A stretch of 64,000 bases of DNA from Squalus acanthias (GCA_030390025.1 JASTWF010000365.1:248001-312000), one strand, 5' to 3'. Shown: positions 1-14,868, numbered from the stretch's first letter. Made by a program: numbers and translations. Notes: a model not told the origin generated them from the letters alone.

Positions 1-3000
1 ACAGACACAGAATGAGTGGGAGATAGATTCAGAAAGGGAGAGAGAGATACAGAAAGAGAGAGAGAGAGACAGATACAGAGAGAGACATTTATAGAAAGAG
101 AGAGAGGCAGATACAGAAAGAGAGAGAGAGACAGATACAGAAAGAGAGCGAGGGACAGATACAGAAAGAGAGAGAGACAGATACAGAAAGAGAGAGAGAC
201 AGATAAAGAAAGGGAGAGAGAGATACAGAAAGAGAGAGAGAGAGACAGATACAGAGACAAAAAGATACAGAAATAGAGAGAGACAGATACAGAAAGTGAG
301 AGACAGATACAGAAAGAGAGAGAGACACAGATACAGAAAGAGAGAGATACAGAAAGAGAGAGACGGATACAGAAAGAGAGAGAGACTGATACAGAAAGAG
401 AGAGAGAGACAGATACAGAAATAGAGAGAGAGACAGATACAGAAAGAGAGAGAGAGCGACAGATACAGAAAGAGAGCGAGGGACAGACACAGAAAGAGAG
501 AGAGACAGATACAGAAAGAGAGAGAGACAGATACAGAAAGAGAGAGAGAGACAGAGACAGAAAGAGAGAGAGACAGTTACAGAAAGAGAGAGACAGATAC
601 AGAAAGGGAGAGAGAGATACAGAAAGAGAGAGAGAGACAGATACAGAGACAAAAAGATACAGAAATAGAGAGAGACAGATACAGAAAGAGAGAGACACAG
701 ATACAGAAAGAGAGAGATACAGAAAGAGAGAGACGGATACAGAAAGAGAGAGAGACTGATACAGAAAGAGAGAGAGAGACAGATACAGAAAGAGAGAGAG
801 AGACAGATACAGAAAGAGAGAGAGAGACAGATACAGAAAGAGAGAGAGAGACAGATACAGAAAGAGAGAGAGAGACAGATACAGAAAGAGAGAGAGAGAC
901 AGATACAGAAAGAGAGAGAGAGTGACAGATACAGAAAGAGAGCGAGGGACAGACACAGAAAGAGAGAGAGACAGATACAGAAAGAGAGAGAGACAGATAC
1001 AGAAAGAGAGAGAGAGATAGAGACAGAAAGAGAGAGAGACAGATACAGAAAGAGAGAGAGAGACAGATACAGAAAGAGAGAGACAGATACAGAAAGTGAG
1101 AGAGAGACAGATACAGAAAGAGAGAGAGAGACAGATACAGAAAGAAAGACAGATACAGAAAGAGCGGGAGAGAGATACAGAAAGCGAGAGAGACAGATAC
1201 AGAAAGAGAGAGACAGATACAGAAAGAGAGAGAAACAGATACAGAAAGAGAGAGAGACAGATACAGAAAGAGAGAGAGAGACAGATACAGAAAGGGAGAG
1301 AGAGATACAGAAAGAGAGAGAGAGAGACAGATACAGAGAGAAAAAGATACAGAAATAGAGAGAGACAGATACAGAAAGAGAGCGAGACAGATACAGAAAG
1401 AGAGAAAGACACAGATACAGAAAGAGAGAGATACAGAAAGAGAGAGACGGATACAGAAAGAGAGAGAGACTGATACAGAAAGAGAGAGAGAGACAGATAC
1501 AGAAAGAGAGAGAGAGAGACAGATACAGAAAGAGAGAGAGAGACAGATACAGAAAGAGAGAGAGAGAGACAGATACAGAAAGAGAGAGAGAGACAGATAC
1601 AGAAAGAGAGAGACAGACAGATACAAAAAGAGAGAGAGAGACAGATACAGAAAGAGAGAGAGAGCGACAGATACAGAAAGAGAGAGAGACAGATACAGAA
1701 AGAGAGAGAGACAGATACAGAAAGGGAGAGAGAGAGACAAATACAGAAAGAGAGAGAGACAGATACAGAGAGAGACACAGATACAGAAAGAGAGAGAGAG
1801 ACAGATACAGAAAGAGAGAGACAGATACAGAAAGAAAGAGAGACAGATACAGAAAGTGAGAGAGAGAGAGATACAGAAAGCGAGAGAGACAGATACAGAA
1901 AGAGAGAGACAGATACAGAAAGAGAGAGAAACAGATACAGAAAGAGAGAGAGACAGATACAGAAAGAGCGGGAGATAGATTCAGAAAGGGAGAGAGAGAT
2001 ACAGAAAGATAGAGAGAGACAGATACAGAGAGAGAGAGAGACAGATACAGAAAGAGAGAGACAGATACAGAAAGTGAGAGAGAGACAGATACAGAAAGAG
2101 AGAGAGAGACAGATACAGAAAGAAAGACAGATACAGAAAGAGCGAGAGAGAGATACAGAAAGCGAGAGAGACAGATACAGAAAGAGAGAGACAGATACAG
2201 AAAGAGAGAGAAACAGATACAGAAAGAGAGGGAGACAGATACAGAAAGAGAGAGAGAGACAGATACAGAAAGGGAGAGAGAGATACAGAAAGAGAGAGAG
2301 AGAGACAGATACAGAGAGAAAAAGATACAGAAATAGAGAGAGACAGATACAGAAAGAGAGCGAGACAGATACAGAAAGAGAGAAAGACACAGATACAGAA
2401 AGAGAGAGATACAGAAAGAGAGAGACGGATACAGAAAGAGAGAGAGACTGATACAGAAAGAGAGAGAGAGACAGATACAGAAAGAGAGAGAGAGAGACAG
2501 ATACAGAAAGAGAGAGAGAGACAGATACAGAAAGAGAGAGAGAGAGACAGATACAGAAAGAGAGAGAGAGACAGATACAGAAAGAGAGAGACAGACAGAT
2601 ACAAAAAGAGAGAGAGAGACAGATACAGAAAGAGAGAGAGAGCGACAGATACAGAAAGAGAGAGAGACAGATACAGAAAGAGAGAGAGACAGATACAGAA
2701 AGGGAGAGAGAGAGACAAATACAGAAAGAGAGAGAGACAGACACAGAGAGAGACACAGATACAGAAAGAGAGAGAGAGACAGATACAGAAAGAGAGAGAC
2801 AGATACAGAAAGAAAGAGAGACAGATACAGAAAGTGAGAGAGAGAGAGATACAGAAAGCGAGAGAGACAGATACAGAAAGAGAGAGACAGATACAGAAAG
2901 AGAGAGAAACAGATACAGAAAGAGAGAGAGACAGATACAGAAAGAGCGGGAGATAGATTCAGAAAGGGAGAGAGAGATACAGAAAGATAGAGAGAGACAG

Positions 3001-6000
3001 ATACAGAGAGAGAGAGAGACAGATACAGAAAGAGAGAGAGACAGATACAGAAAGAGAGCGAGGGACAGATACAGAGAGAGAGACAGATACAGCAAGAGAG
3101 AGAAAGATACAGAAAGAGAGAGAGAGACAGATACAGAAAGAGAGAGACAGATACAGAAAGAGAGAGAAACAGATACAGAAAGAGAGAGACAGATACAGAA
3201 AGAGAGAGATACAGATATAGAAAGAGAGAGAGACACAGATACAGAAAGAGAGAGAGAGATACAGAAAGAGAGCGAGACAGATACAGAAAGAAAGAGAGAC
3301 ACAGATACAGAAAGAGAGAGAGAGAGATACAGATAGAGAGAGAGACAGAGACAGAAAGAGAGAGGCAGATACAGAAAGAGAGACACAGATACAGAAAGAG
3401 AGAGAGACAGATACAGAAAGAGAGAGAGACAGAGACAGAAAGAGAGAGGCAGATACAGAAAGAGAGACACAGATACAGAAAGAGAGAGAGACAGATACAG
3501 AAAGAGAGAGACACAGATACAGAAAGAGAGAGAGATAGATACAGAAAGAGAGAGAGACAGATACAGAAAGAGAGAGAGACAGATACAGAAAGAGAGAGAC
3601 ACAGATACAGAAAGAGAGAGAGACAGATACAGAAAGAGAGAGAGAGACAGATACAGAAAGAGAGAGAGACAGATACAGAAAGAGAGAGACACAGATACAG
3701 AAAGAGAGAGAGACAGATACAGAAAGAGGGAGAGACAGATACAGAAAGAGAGAGAGAGACAGATACAGAGAGAGAGACAGATACAGAAAGAGAGAGAGAG
3801 ACAGATACAGAAAGAGAGAGAGACAGATACAGAAAGAGAGAGAGAGAGAGATACAGAAAGAGAGAGACAGATACAGAAAGAGAGAGACAGATACAGAAAG
3901 AGAGAGAAACAGATACAGAAAGAGAGAGAGACAGACACAGAATGAGTGGGAGATAGATTCAGAAAGGGAGAGAGAGATACAGAAAGAGAGAGAGAGAGAC
4001 AGATACAGAGAGAGACATTTATAGAAAGAGAGAGAGGCAGATACAGAAAGAGAGAGAGAGACAGATACAGAAAGAGAGCGAGGGACAGATACAGAAAGAG
4101 AGAGAGACAGATACAGAAAGAGAGAGAGACAGATACAGAAAGGGAGAGAGAGATACAGAAAGAGAGAGAGAGAGACAGATACAGAGACAAAAAGATACAG
4201 AAATAGAGAGAGACAGATACAGAAAGTGAGAGACAGATACAGAAAGAGAGAGAGACACAGATACAGAAAGAGAGAGATACAGAAAGAGAGAGACGGATAC
4301 AGAAAGAGAGAGAGACTGATACAGAAAGAGAGAGAGAGACAGATACAGAAATAGAGAGAGAGACAGATACAGAAAGAGAGAGAGACAGATACAGAAAGAG
4401 AGAGACACAGATACAGAAAGAGAGAGAGATAGATACAGAAAGAGAGAGAGAGACAGATACAGAAAGAGAGAGAGACAGATACAGAAAGAGAGAGACACAG
4501 ATACAGAAAGAGAGAGAGACAGATACAGAAAGAGAGAGAGAGACAGATACAGAAAGAGAGAGAGACAGATACAGAGAGAGAGACACACAGATACAGAAAG
4601 AGAGAGAGACAGATACAGAAAGAGGGAGAGACAGATACAGAAAGAGAGAGAGAGACAGATACAGAGAGAGAGACAGATACAGAAAGAGAGAGAGAGACAG
4701 ATACAGAAAGAGAGAGAGAGCGACAGATACAGAAATAGAGCGAGGGACAGACACAGAAAGAGAGAGAGACAGATACAGAAAGAGAGAGAGACAGATACAG
4801 AAAGTGAGAGAGAGACAGAGACAGAAAGAGAGAGAGACAGATACAGAAAGGGAGAGAGAGATACAGAAAGAGAGAGAGAGAGACAGATACAGAGACAAAA
4901 AGATACAGAAATAGAGAGAGACAGATACAGAAAGAGAGAGACACCGATACAGAAAGAGAGAGATACAGAAAGAGAGAGACGGATACAGAAAGAGAGAGAG
5001 AGACAGATACAGAAAGAGAGAGAGAGACAGATACAGAAAGAGAGAGAGAGACAGATACAGAAAGAGAGAGAGACACAGATACAGAAAGAGAGAGAGACAC
5101 AGATACAGAAAGAGAGAGAGAGACACAGATACAGAAAGAGAGAGAGAGATACAGAAAGAGAGCGAGACAGATACAGAAAGAAAGAGAGACACAGATACAG
5201 AAAGAGAGAGAGAGAGATACAGATAGAGAGAGAGACAGAGACAGAAAGAGAGAGGCAGATACAGAAAGAGAGACACAGATACAGAAAGAGAGAGAGACAG
5301 ATGCAGAAAGAGAGAGAGACAGAGACAGAAAGAGAGAGGCAGATACAGAAAGAGAGACACAGATACAGAAAGAGAGAGAGACAGATACAGAAAGAGAGAG
5401 ACACAGATACAGAAAGAGAGAGAGATAGATACAGAAAGAGAGAGAGACAGATACAGAAAGAGAGAGAGACAGATACAGAAAGAGAGAGACACAGATACAG
5501 AAAGAGAGAGAGACAGATACAGAAAGAGAGAGAGAGACAGATACAGAAAGAGAGAGAGACAGATACAGAAAGAGAGAGACACAGATACAGAAAGAGAGAG
5601 AGACAGATACAGAAAGAGGGAGAGACAGATACAGAAAGAGAGAGAGAGACAGATACAGAGAGAGAGACAGATACAGAAAGAGAGAGAGAGACAGATACAG
5701 AAAGAGAGAGAGACAGATACAGAAAGAGAGAGAGAGAGAGATACAGAAAGAGAGAGACAGATACAGAAAGAGAGAGACAGATACAGAAGAGAGAGAAACA
5801 GATACAGAAAGAGAGAGAGACAGACACAGAATGAGTGGGAGATAGATTCAGAAAGGGAGAGAGAGATACAGAAAGAGAGAGAGAGAGACAGATACAGAGA
5901 GAGACATTTATAGAAAGAGAGAGAGGCAGATACAGAAAGAGAGAGAGAGACAGATACAGAAAGAGAGCGAGGGACAGATACAGAAAGAGAGAGAGACAGA

Positions 6001-9000
6001 TACGGAAAGAGAGAGAGACAGATACAGAAAGGGAGAGAGAGATACAGAAAGAGAGAGAGAGAGACAGATACAGAGACAAAAAGATACAGAAATAGAGAGA
6101 GACAGATACAGAAAGTGAGAGACAGATACAGAAAGAGAGAGAGACACAGATACAGAAAGAGAGAGATACAGAAAGAGAGAGACGGATACAGAAAGAGAGA
6201 GACTGATACAGAAAGAGAGAGAGAGACAGATACAGAAATAGAGAGAGAGACAGATACAGAAAGAGAGAGAGAGCGACAGATACAGAAAGAGAGCGAGGGA
6301 CAGACACAGAAAGAGAGAGAGACAGATACAGAAAGAGAGAGAGACAGATACAGAAAGAGAGAGAGAGACAGAGACAGAACGAGAGAGAGACAGTTACAGA
6401 AAGAGAGAGACAGATACAGAAAGGGAGAGAGAGATACAGAAAGAGAGAGAGAGAGACAGATACAGAGACAAAAAGATACAGAAATAGAGAGAGACAGATA
6501 CAGAAAGAGAGAGACACAGATACAGAAAGAGAGAGATACAGAAAGAGAGAGACGGATACAGAAAGAGAGAGAGACTGATACAGAAAGAGAGAGAGAGACA
6601 GATACAGAAAGAGAGAGAGAGACAGATACAGAAAGAGAGAGAGAGACAGATACAGAAAGAGAGAGAGAGACAGATACAGAAAGAGAGAGAGAGACAGATA
6701 CAGAAAGAGAGAGAGAGACAGATACAGAAAGAGAGAGAGAGTGACAGATACAGAAAGAGAGCGAGGGACAGACACAGAAAGAGAGAGAGACAGATACAGA
6801 AAGAGAGAGAGACAGATACAGAAAGAGAGAGAGAGATAGAGACAGAAAGAGAGAGAGACAGATACAGAAAGAGAGAGAGAGACAGATACAGAAAGAGAGA
6901 GACAGATACAGAAAGTGAGAGAGAGACAGATACAGAAAGAGAGAGAGAGACAGATACAGAAAGAAAGACAGATACAGAAAGAGCGAGAGAGAGATACAGA
7001 AAGCGAGAGAGACAGATACAGAAAGAGAGAGACAGATACAGAAAGAGAGAGAAACAGATACAGAAAGAGAGAGAGACAGATACAGAAAGAGAGAGAGAGA
7101 CAGATACAGAAAGGGAGAGAGAGATACAGAAAGAGAGAGAGAGAGACAGATACAGAGAGAAAAAGATACAGAAATAGAGAGAGACAGATACAGAAAGAGA
7201 GCGGGACAGATACAGAAAGAGAGAAAGACACAGATACAGAAAGAGAGAGATACAGAAAGAGAGAGACGGATACAGAAAGAGAGAGAGACTGATACAGAAA
7301 GAGAGAGAGAGACAGATACAGAAAGAGAGAGAGAGAGACAGATACAGAAAGAGAGAGAGAGACAGATACAGAAAGAGAGAGAGAGAGACAGATACAGAAA
7401 GAGAGAGAGAGACAGATACAGAAAGAGAGAGACAGACAGATACAAAAAGAGAGAGAGAGACAGATACAGAAAGAGAGAGAGAGCGACAGATACAGAAAGA
7501 GAGAGAGACAGATACAGAAAGAGAGAGAGACAGATACAGAAAGGGAGAGAGAGAGACAAATACAGAAAGAGAGAGAGACAGATACAGAGAGAGACACAGA
7601 TACAGAAAGAGAGAGAGAGAGACAGATACAGAAAGAGAGAGACAGATACAGAAAGAAAGAGAGACAGATACAGAAAGTGAGAGAGAGAGAGATACAGAAA
7701 GCGAGAGAGACAGATACAGAAAGAGAGAGACAGATACAGAAAGAGAGAGAAACAGATACAGAAAGAGAGAGAGACAGATACAGAAAGAGCGGGAGATAGA
7801 TTCAGAAAGGGAGAGAGAGATACAGAAAGATAGAGAGAGACAGATACAGAGAGAGAGAGAGAGACAGATACAGAAAGAGAGAGAGACAGATACAGAAAGA
7901 GAGCGAGGGACAGATACAGAGAGAGAGACAGATACAGCAAGAGAGAGAAAGATACAGAAAGAGAGAGAGAGACAGATACAGAAAGAGAGAGACAGATACA
8001 GAAAGAGAGAGAAACAGATACAGAAAGAGAGAGACAGATACAGAAAGAGAGAGATACAGATATAGAAAGAGAGAGAGACACAGATACAGAAAGAGAGAGA
8101 GAGATACAGTAAGAGAGTGAGACAGATACAGAAAGAAAGAGAGACACAGATACAGAAAGAGAGAGAGAGAGATACAGATAGAGAGAGAGACAGAGACAGA
8201 AAGAGAGAGGCAGATACAGAAAGAGAGACACAGATACAGAAAGAGAGAGAGACAGATACAGAAAGAGAGAGAGACAGAGACAGAAAGAGAGAGGCAGATA
8301 CAGAAAGAGAGACACAGATACAGAAAGAGAGAGAGACAGATACAGAAAGAGAGAGACACAGATACAGAAAGAGAGAGAGATAGATACAGAAAGAGAGAGA
8401 GACAGATACAGAAAGAGAGAGAGACAGATACAGAAAGAGAGAGACACAGATACAGAAAGAGAGAGAGACAGATACAGAAAGAGAGAGAGAGACAGATACA
8501 GAAAGAGAGAGAGACAGATACAGAAATAGAGAGACACAGATACAGAAAGAGAGAGAGACAGATACAGAAAGAGGGAGAGACAGATACAGAAAGAGAGAGA
8601 GAGACAGATACAGAGAGAGAGACAGATACAGAAAGAGAGAGAGAGACAGATACAGAAAGAGAGAGAGACAGATACAGAAAGAGAGAGAGAGAGAGATACA
8701 GAAAGAGAGAGACAGATACAGAAAGAGAGAGACAGATACAGAAAGAGAGAGAAACAGATACAGAAAGAGAGAGAGACAGACACAGAATGAGTGGGAGATA
8801 GATTCAGAAAGGGAGAGAGAGATACAGAAAGAGAGAGAGAGAGACAGATACAGAGAGAGACATTTATAGAAAGAGAGAGAGGCAGATACAGAAAGAGAGA
8901 GAGAGACAGATACAGAAAGAGAGCGAGGGACAGATACAGAAAGAGAGAGAGACAGATACAGAAAGAGAGAGAGACAGATACAGAAAGGGAGAGAGAGATA

Positions 9001-11092
9001 CAGAAAGAGAGAGAGAGAGACAGATACAGAGACAAAAAGATACAGAAATAGAGAGAGACAGATACAGAAAGTGAGAGACAGATACAGAAAGAGAGAGAGA
9101 CACAGATACAGAAAGAGAGAGATACAGAAAGAGAGAGACGGATACAGAAAGAGAGAGAGACTGATACAGAAAGAGAGAGAGAGACAGATACAGAAAGAGA
9201 GAGAGAGCGACAGATACAGAAAGAGAGCGAGGGACAGACACAGAAAGAGAGAGAGACAGATACAGAAAGAGAGAGAGACAGATACAGAAAGAGAGAGAGA
9301 GACAGAGACAGAAAGAGAGAGAGACAGTTACAGAAAGAGAGAGACAGATACAGAAAGGGAGAGAGAGATACAGAAAGAGAGAGAGAGAGAGACAGATACA
9401 GAGACAAAAAGATACAGAAATAGAGAGAGACAGATACAGAAAGAGAGAGACACAGATACAGAAAGAGAGAGATACAGAAAGAGAGAGACGGATACAGAAA
9501 GAGAGAGAGACTGATACAGAAAGAGAGAGAGAGACAGATACAGAAAGAGAGAGAGAGACAGATACAGAAAGAGAGAGAGAGACAGATACAGAAAGAGAGA
9601 GAGAGACAGATACAGAAAGAGAGAGAGAGACAGATACAGAAAGAGAGAGAGAGACAGATACAGAAAGAGAGAGAGAGTGACAGATACAGAAAGAGAGCGA
9701 GGGACAGACACAGAAAGAGAGAGAGACAGATACAGAAAGAGAGAGAGACAGATACAGAAAGAGAGAGAGAGATAGAGACAGAAAGAGAGAGAGACAGATA
9801 CAGAAAGAGAGAGAGAGACAGATACAGAAAGAGAGAGACAGATACAGAAAGTGAGAGAGAGGCAGATACAGAAAGAGAGAGAGAGACAGATACAGAAAGA
9901 AAGACAGATACAGAAAGAGCGAGAGAGAGATACAGAAAGCGAGAGAGACAGATACAGAAAGAGAGAGACAGATACAGAAAGAGAGAGAAACAGATACAGA
10001 AAGAGAGAGAGACAGGTACAGAAAGAGAGAGAGAGACAGATACAGAAAGGGAGAGAGAGATACAGAAAGAGAGAGAGAGTGACAGATACAGAGAGAAAAA
10101 GATACAGAAATAGAGAGAGACAGATACAGAAAGAGAGCGAGACAGATACAGAAAGAGAGAAAGACACAGATACAGAAAGAGAGAGATACAGAAAGAGAGA
10201 GACGGATACAGAAAGAGAGAGAGACTGATACAGAAAGAGAGAGAGAGACAGATACAGAAAGAGAGAGAGAGAGACAGATACAGAAAGAGAGAGAGAGACA
10301 GATACAGAAAGAGAGAGAGAGAGACAGATACAGAAAGAGAGAGAGAGACAGATACAGAAAGAGAGAGACAGACAGATACAAAAAGAGAGAGAGAGACAGA
10401 TACAGAAAGAGAGAGAGAGCGACAGATACAGAAAGAGAGAGAGACAGATACAGAAAGAGAGAGAGACAGATACAGAAAGGGAGAGAGAGAGACAAATACA
10501 GAAAGAGAGAGAGACAGATACAGAGAGAGACACAGATACAGAAAGAGAGAGAGAGACAGATACAGAAAGAGAGAGACAGATACAGAAAGAAAGAGAGACA
10601 GATACAGAAAGTGAGAGAGAGAGAGATACAGAAAGCGAGAGAGACAGATACAGAAAGAGAGAGACAGATACAGAAAGAGAGAGAAACAGATACAGAAAGA
10701 GAGAGAGACAGATACAGAAAGAGCGGGAGATAGATTCAGAAAGGGAGAGAGAGATACAGAAAGATAGAGAGAGTCAGATACAGAGAGAGAGAGAGACAGA
10801 TACAGAAAGAGAGAGAGACAGATACAGAAAGAGAGCGAGGGACAGATACAGAGAGAGAGACAGATACAGCAAGAGAGAGAAAGATACAGAAAGAGAGAGA
10901 GAGACAGATACAGAAAGAGAGAGACAGATACAGAAAGAGAGAGAAACAGATACAGAAAGAGAGAGACAGATACAGAAAGAGAGAGATACAGATATAGAAA
11001 GAGAGAGAGACACAGATACAGAAAGAGAGAGAGAGACAGATACAGAAAGAGAGAGAGAGAGACAGATACAGAAAGAGAGAGACACACAGATA
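1..11092. repeat. Purine-rich satellite, ~20-26 bp unit CAGATACAGAAA(GA)n, with kb-scale higher-order duplications; runs off the window start
   Basis: Continuous tandem array. The rare variant marker CACAGAATGAGTGGGAGATAGATTC recurs at ~7, ~3937, ~5826 and ~8782. Confidence 0.97.
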
Positions 11093-11104
11093 CTTTGACA
11101 TTTG

Positions 11105-11608
11105 ACATTTCGGAAGGATAGAAAGGAAATGGAGGTGCGGTCTCTCTGTTAATAAATGATGAGATCAGTGCAGTAGTGACAAATGATACTGGTTCAGAAG
11201 AGCAAGATGTAGAATCAGTTTGGGTGGAGATAAGATCTTATAAGGGAAAGAAGTCCCTGGTGGGCGTAGTCTATCGGCCCCCTAACAGTAGCTTCACTGT
11301 TGGACAGAGTATAAATCAAGAAATAATGGAGGCTTGTAAGAAAGGTACAGCAATAATCATGGGCGATTTTAATCTTCATTTTGATTGGACAAATCAAGTT
11401 GGCCAAGGTAGCCTCGAGGAAGTGTTCGTAGAGTATATCCGAGATGGTTTCCTAGAATAATATTTTGTGGAACCAGCCAGGGAGCAGGCTATCTTAGATC
11501 TGGTACTGTGTAATGAGACAGGATTAATAAATGATCTCATAGTAAAGGATCCTCTAGGAAAGATTGATCATATCATGGTTGAATTTTAAATTCAATTGGA
11601 GGGTGAGT
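11105..11608 (+). mobile_element. CR1 LINE endonuclease-region fragment (degraded)
   Basis: Translation ESVWVEI...LVGVVYRPPNS...IIMGDFN is typical of an APE-type endonuclease; contains an in-frame stop. Confidence 0.85.
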
Positions 11609-11609
11609 A

Positions 11610-12160
11610 ATAAAAACAGAAAATGCTGGAAATGCTCAGCAGGTCAGGCAGCATCTGTGGAGAGAGAAACAGAGTTAACGTTTCAGGTCGATGACCCTTC
11701 GTCAGAACTGGAAAAAGCTGGAGATGGAACAGGTTTTTAAGCAAGTGTCGGGGCCGGGAAAGGGGGGAGGGGAGGAAAGAACACAAGGGAAGGTCTGTGA
11801 TAGGATGGAAGGCAGGAGAGGTTAAGAGACAAAAGGGATGATGGTGCAAGGCAAAAGGAGATGGTAATGGGACAAGTTAAGAAACAAAGGATGGCTCTAG
11901 ATGAAGTGTAAATGACGATGGCAGAATGAAAGACAGCTGCCATGTGAGAGAGAGAAGAAAAGTTGAAAAAGATAGGGGCAGAGGTTATGGTCTGAAATTG
12001 TTGAACTCAATGTTGAGTCCAGAAGGCTGTAAAGGGCCTAATCGAAAGATGAGGTGCTGTTCCTCGAGCTTACGTTGAGCTTCATTGGAACAGTGTAAGA
12101 GGCCGAGGAATGAGAGGTCAGAGTGGGAGTGGAGCGGAGAATTAAAGTGACAGGCGACCG
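11610..12160 (-). mobile_element. Penelope-like element terminal fragment (GIY-YIG C-terminus plus terminal repeat)
   Basis: Minus strand reads ...[28 protein letters not shown], followed by the same terminal sequence as 38360-38815 and 42503-42927. Confidence 0.75.
11672..11709 (-). ncRNA. Minimal hammerhead ribozyme motif in Penelope-like terminal repeat
   Basis: Minus strand: CTGACGA-AGGGTC-ATC-GACCT-GAAAC, i.e. the CUGANGA core, stem II and the GAAA core. Confidence 0.65.
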
Positions 12161-12485
12161 AAAATTCTGAAAGGGCTAGACAGACTGGATGCAGGGAGGA
12201 TGTTTCCCCTGGCTGGGGGGTCTAGAACCAGGGGTGTCAGTCTCAGGATACGGGGTAGGACATTTAGGACTGAGATGAGGAGAAATTTCTTCACTCAGAG
12301 GGTGGTGAACCTGTGCAATTCTCGACTGCAGAAGGCTGTGGAGGCCAAGTCACTGAATATATTTAAGAAGGAGATTGATAGATTTCTAGACAGAAAAAGG
12401 CATCAAGGGGTATGGGGAGAGAGCGGGAATATGGTATTGAGATAGAGGATTAGCCATGATCATAGTGAATGGCGGAGCAGGCTCA
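12161..12485 (+). mobile_element. CR1 LINE 3' fragment (family A)
   Basis: Encodes [23 protein letters not shown], followed by the CR1 3' UTR. Confidence 0.9.
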
Positions 12486-12594
12486 TTGTTTCTAGTTGCC
12501 CTTGAGAAGAAGCCGCCTTCTTGAACCACTGCAGTCCCGTGTGGTGAAGGAGTTGCACAAGTCCCCAGATGTTGGTGAGGAGGCTGGTGTGCCG

Positions 12595-14118
12595 GTTTTT
12601 TTTATTCGTTCGTGGGATGTGGGCGTCGCTGGCAAGGCCGGCATTTATTGCCCATCCCTAGTTGCCCTCGAGAAGGTGGTGGTGAGCCGCCTTCTTGAAC
12701 CGCTGCAGTCCGTGTGGTGAAGGTGCTCCCACAGTGCTGTTAGGGAGGGAGTTCCAGGATTTTGACCCAGCGACGATGAAGGAACGGCGATATACTTCTA
12801 AGTCAGGATGATGTGTGACTTGGAGGGGAACTTGGAGGTGGTGGTGTTCCCATGTGCCTGCTGCCCTTGTCCTTCTAGGTGGTAGAGGTCACGGGTTTGG
12901 GAGGTGCTGCCGAAGAAGCCTTGGCGAGTTGCAACAGTGCATCTTGTAGATGGTACACACTGCAGCCACGGTGCGCCGGTGGTGGAGGGAGTGAATGTTT
13001 AAGGTGGTGGATGGGGTGTCAATCAAGCGGGCTGCTTTGTCCTGGATGGTGTCGAGCGTCTTGAGTGTTGTTGGATCTGCACTCATCCAGGCAAGTGGAG
13101 AGTATTCCATCACACTCCTTACTTGTGCCTTGTAGATGGTGGAAAGGCTTTGGGGAGTCAGGAGGTGAGACACTTGCTGCAGAATACCCAGCCTCTGACC
13201 TGCTCTTGTTGCTACAGTATTTAAGTGGCTGGTCCAGTTAAGTTTCTGGTCAATGGTGACCCCCAGGATGTTGATGGTGGGGGATTCGGCGATAGTAATG
13301 CCGGTGAATGTCAAGGGGCGGTGGTTAGACTCTCGCTTGTTGGAGATAGTCATTGCCTGGCACTTCTGTGGCGCGAATGTTACCTGCCACTTATCGGCCC
13401 AAGCCTGAACATCGTCCAGGTCTTGCTGCATATGAGCATGGACTGCTTCATTATCTGAGGAGTTGTGGATGGTGCTGAACACTGTGCAGTCATCAGCGAA
13501 CATCCCCATTTCTGACCTTATGTTGGAGGGAAGGTCATTGATGAAGCAGCTGAAGATGGTTGGGCCTAGGACACTGCCCTGAGGAACTCCTGCGGCTGTG
13601 ATGATTGACCTTCAATCACCACAAGCATCTCCCTTTGTGCTAGGTATGATGCCAGCCAGTGGAGAGTTTTCCCCCTGATTCCCATTGACTTCAGTTTTAC
13701 TAGGGCTCCTTGATGCCACACTCGGTCAAATGCTGCCATGATGTCAAAAGCAGTCACTCTCACCTCACCTCAGGAATTCAGCTCCTATGTCCATGTTTGG
13801 ATGAAGGCTGGATTGAGGTCGGGAGCAGAGTGCTCTTGGCTGAACCAAACTGGGCTGCAGTGAGCAGGTTATTGGTGAGTAAGTGCCACTTGAAAGCACT
13901 GTCGATGATACCTTCCATTACTTTGCTGATGATTGAGAGTAGACTGATGGGGCGATAATTGGCCGGATTGGATTTGTCCTGCTTTTTGTGGAAGGACGTA
14001 CCTGGGCAGTTTTCCACATTGTCGGATAGATGCCAGTGTTGTAGCTGTATTGGAAAAGCTTGGCTAGAGGCGCAGCTAGTTCTGGAGCACAAGTCTTCAG
14101 CACGATGTTGTCGGGGCC
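12595..14118 (-). mobile_element. CR1-group non-LTR retrotransposon (family B), 5'-truncated RT fragment with frameshifts
   Basis: GPDNIVLKTCAPELAAPLAKLFQ, NYRPISLLSIISKVME, AFDRVWH, FADD and VRSVMEYS motifs; A-rich tail at ~12595. Confidence 0.9.
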
Positions 14119-14119
14119 C

Positions 14120-14868
14120 TGAGGGAGCGCCGCACTGTCGGAGCGGCAGTACTGATGCAGCGCTGCACTGTCGGAGGGACAGTACTGAGGGAGCACCACA
14201 CTGTCGGAGGGGCAGTACTGAGGGAGCGCCGCATTGTCGGAGGGGCAGTACTGAGGGAGCACCGCATTGTCGGAGGGGCAGTACTGAGGGAGCACCGCAC
14301 TGTCAGAGGGGCAGTACTGAGGGAGCGCCGCACTGTTGGAGGGGCAGTACTGAGGGAGCGCCGCACTGTCGGAGGGGCAGTACTGAGGGAGCGCCGCATT
14401 GTCGGAGGGGCGGTACTGAGGGAGTGCCGCACTGTCGGAGAGGCAGTACTGAGGGAGCACCGCACTGTCGGATGGGCAGTACTGAGGGAGCGCCGCACTG
14501 TCAGAGGAGCAGTACTGAGGGAGCGCCACACTGTCGGAGGGGCAGTACTGAGGCAGCGCCGCACTGTCGGAGGGGCAGTACTGAGGGAGCGCCGCACTGT
14601 CGGAGGGTCAGTACTGAGGGAGCGCAGCACTGTCGGAGAGGCAGTACTGAGGAAGCACCGCACTGTCGGAGGGGCAGTACTGAGGGAGCGCCGCACTGTC
14701 AGAGGAGCAGTACTGAGGGAGCGCCGCACTGTCGGAGAGGCAGTACTGAGGGAGCGCCGCACTGTCAGAGGGGCAGTACTGAGGGAGCGCCGCACTGTCG
14801 AAGGGGCAGTACTGAGGGAGCGCCGCACTGTCGGAGGGGCAGTACTGAGGGAACGCCGCACTGTCGGG
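14120..14868 (+). repeat. 33-bp minisatellite (CAGTACTGAGGGAGCGCCGCACTGTCGGAGGGG)n, ~22 units, without SINE flanks
   Basis: Tandem units seen directly; 11-aa periodicity in the overlapping ORFs. Confidence 0.95.

Noticed and set aside
89..10533. Very long ORFs (up to 1192 aa) rich in SLSL/FCIC or RERE
   Set aside because: Translations of the GA-rich satellite, which lacks stop codons by composition; no domain content.
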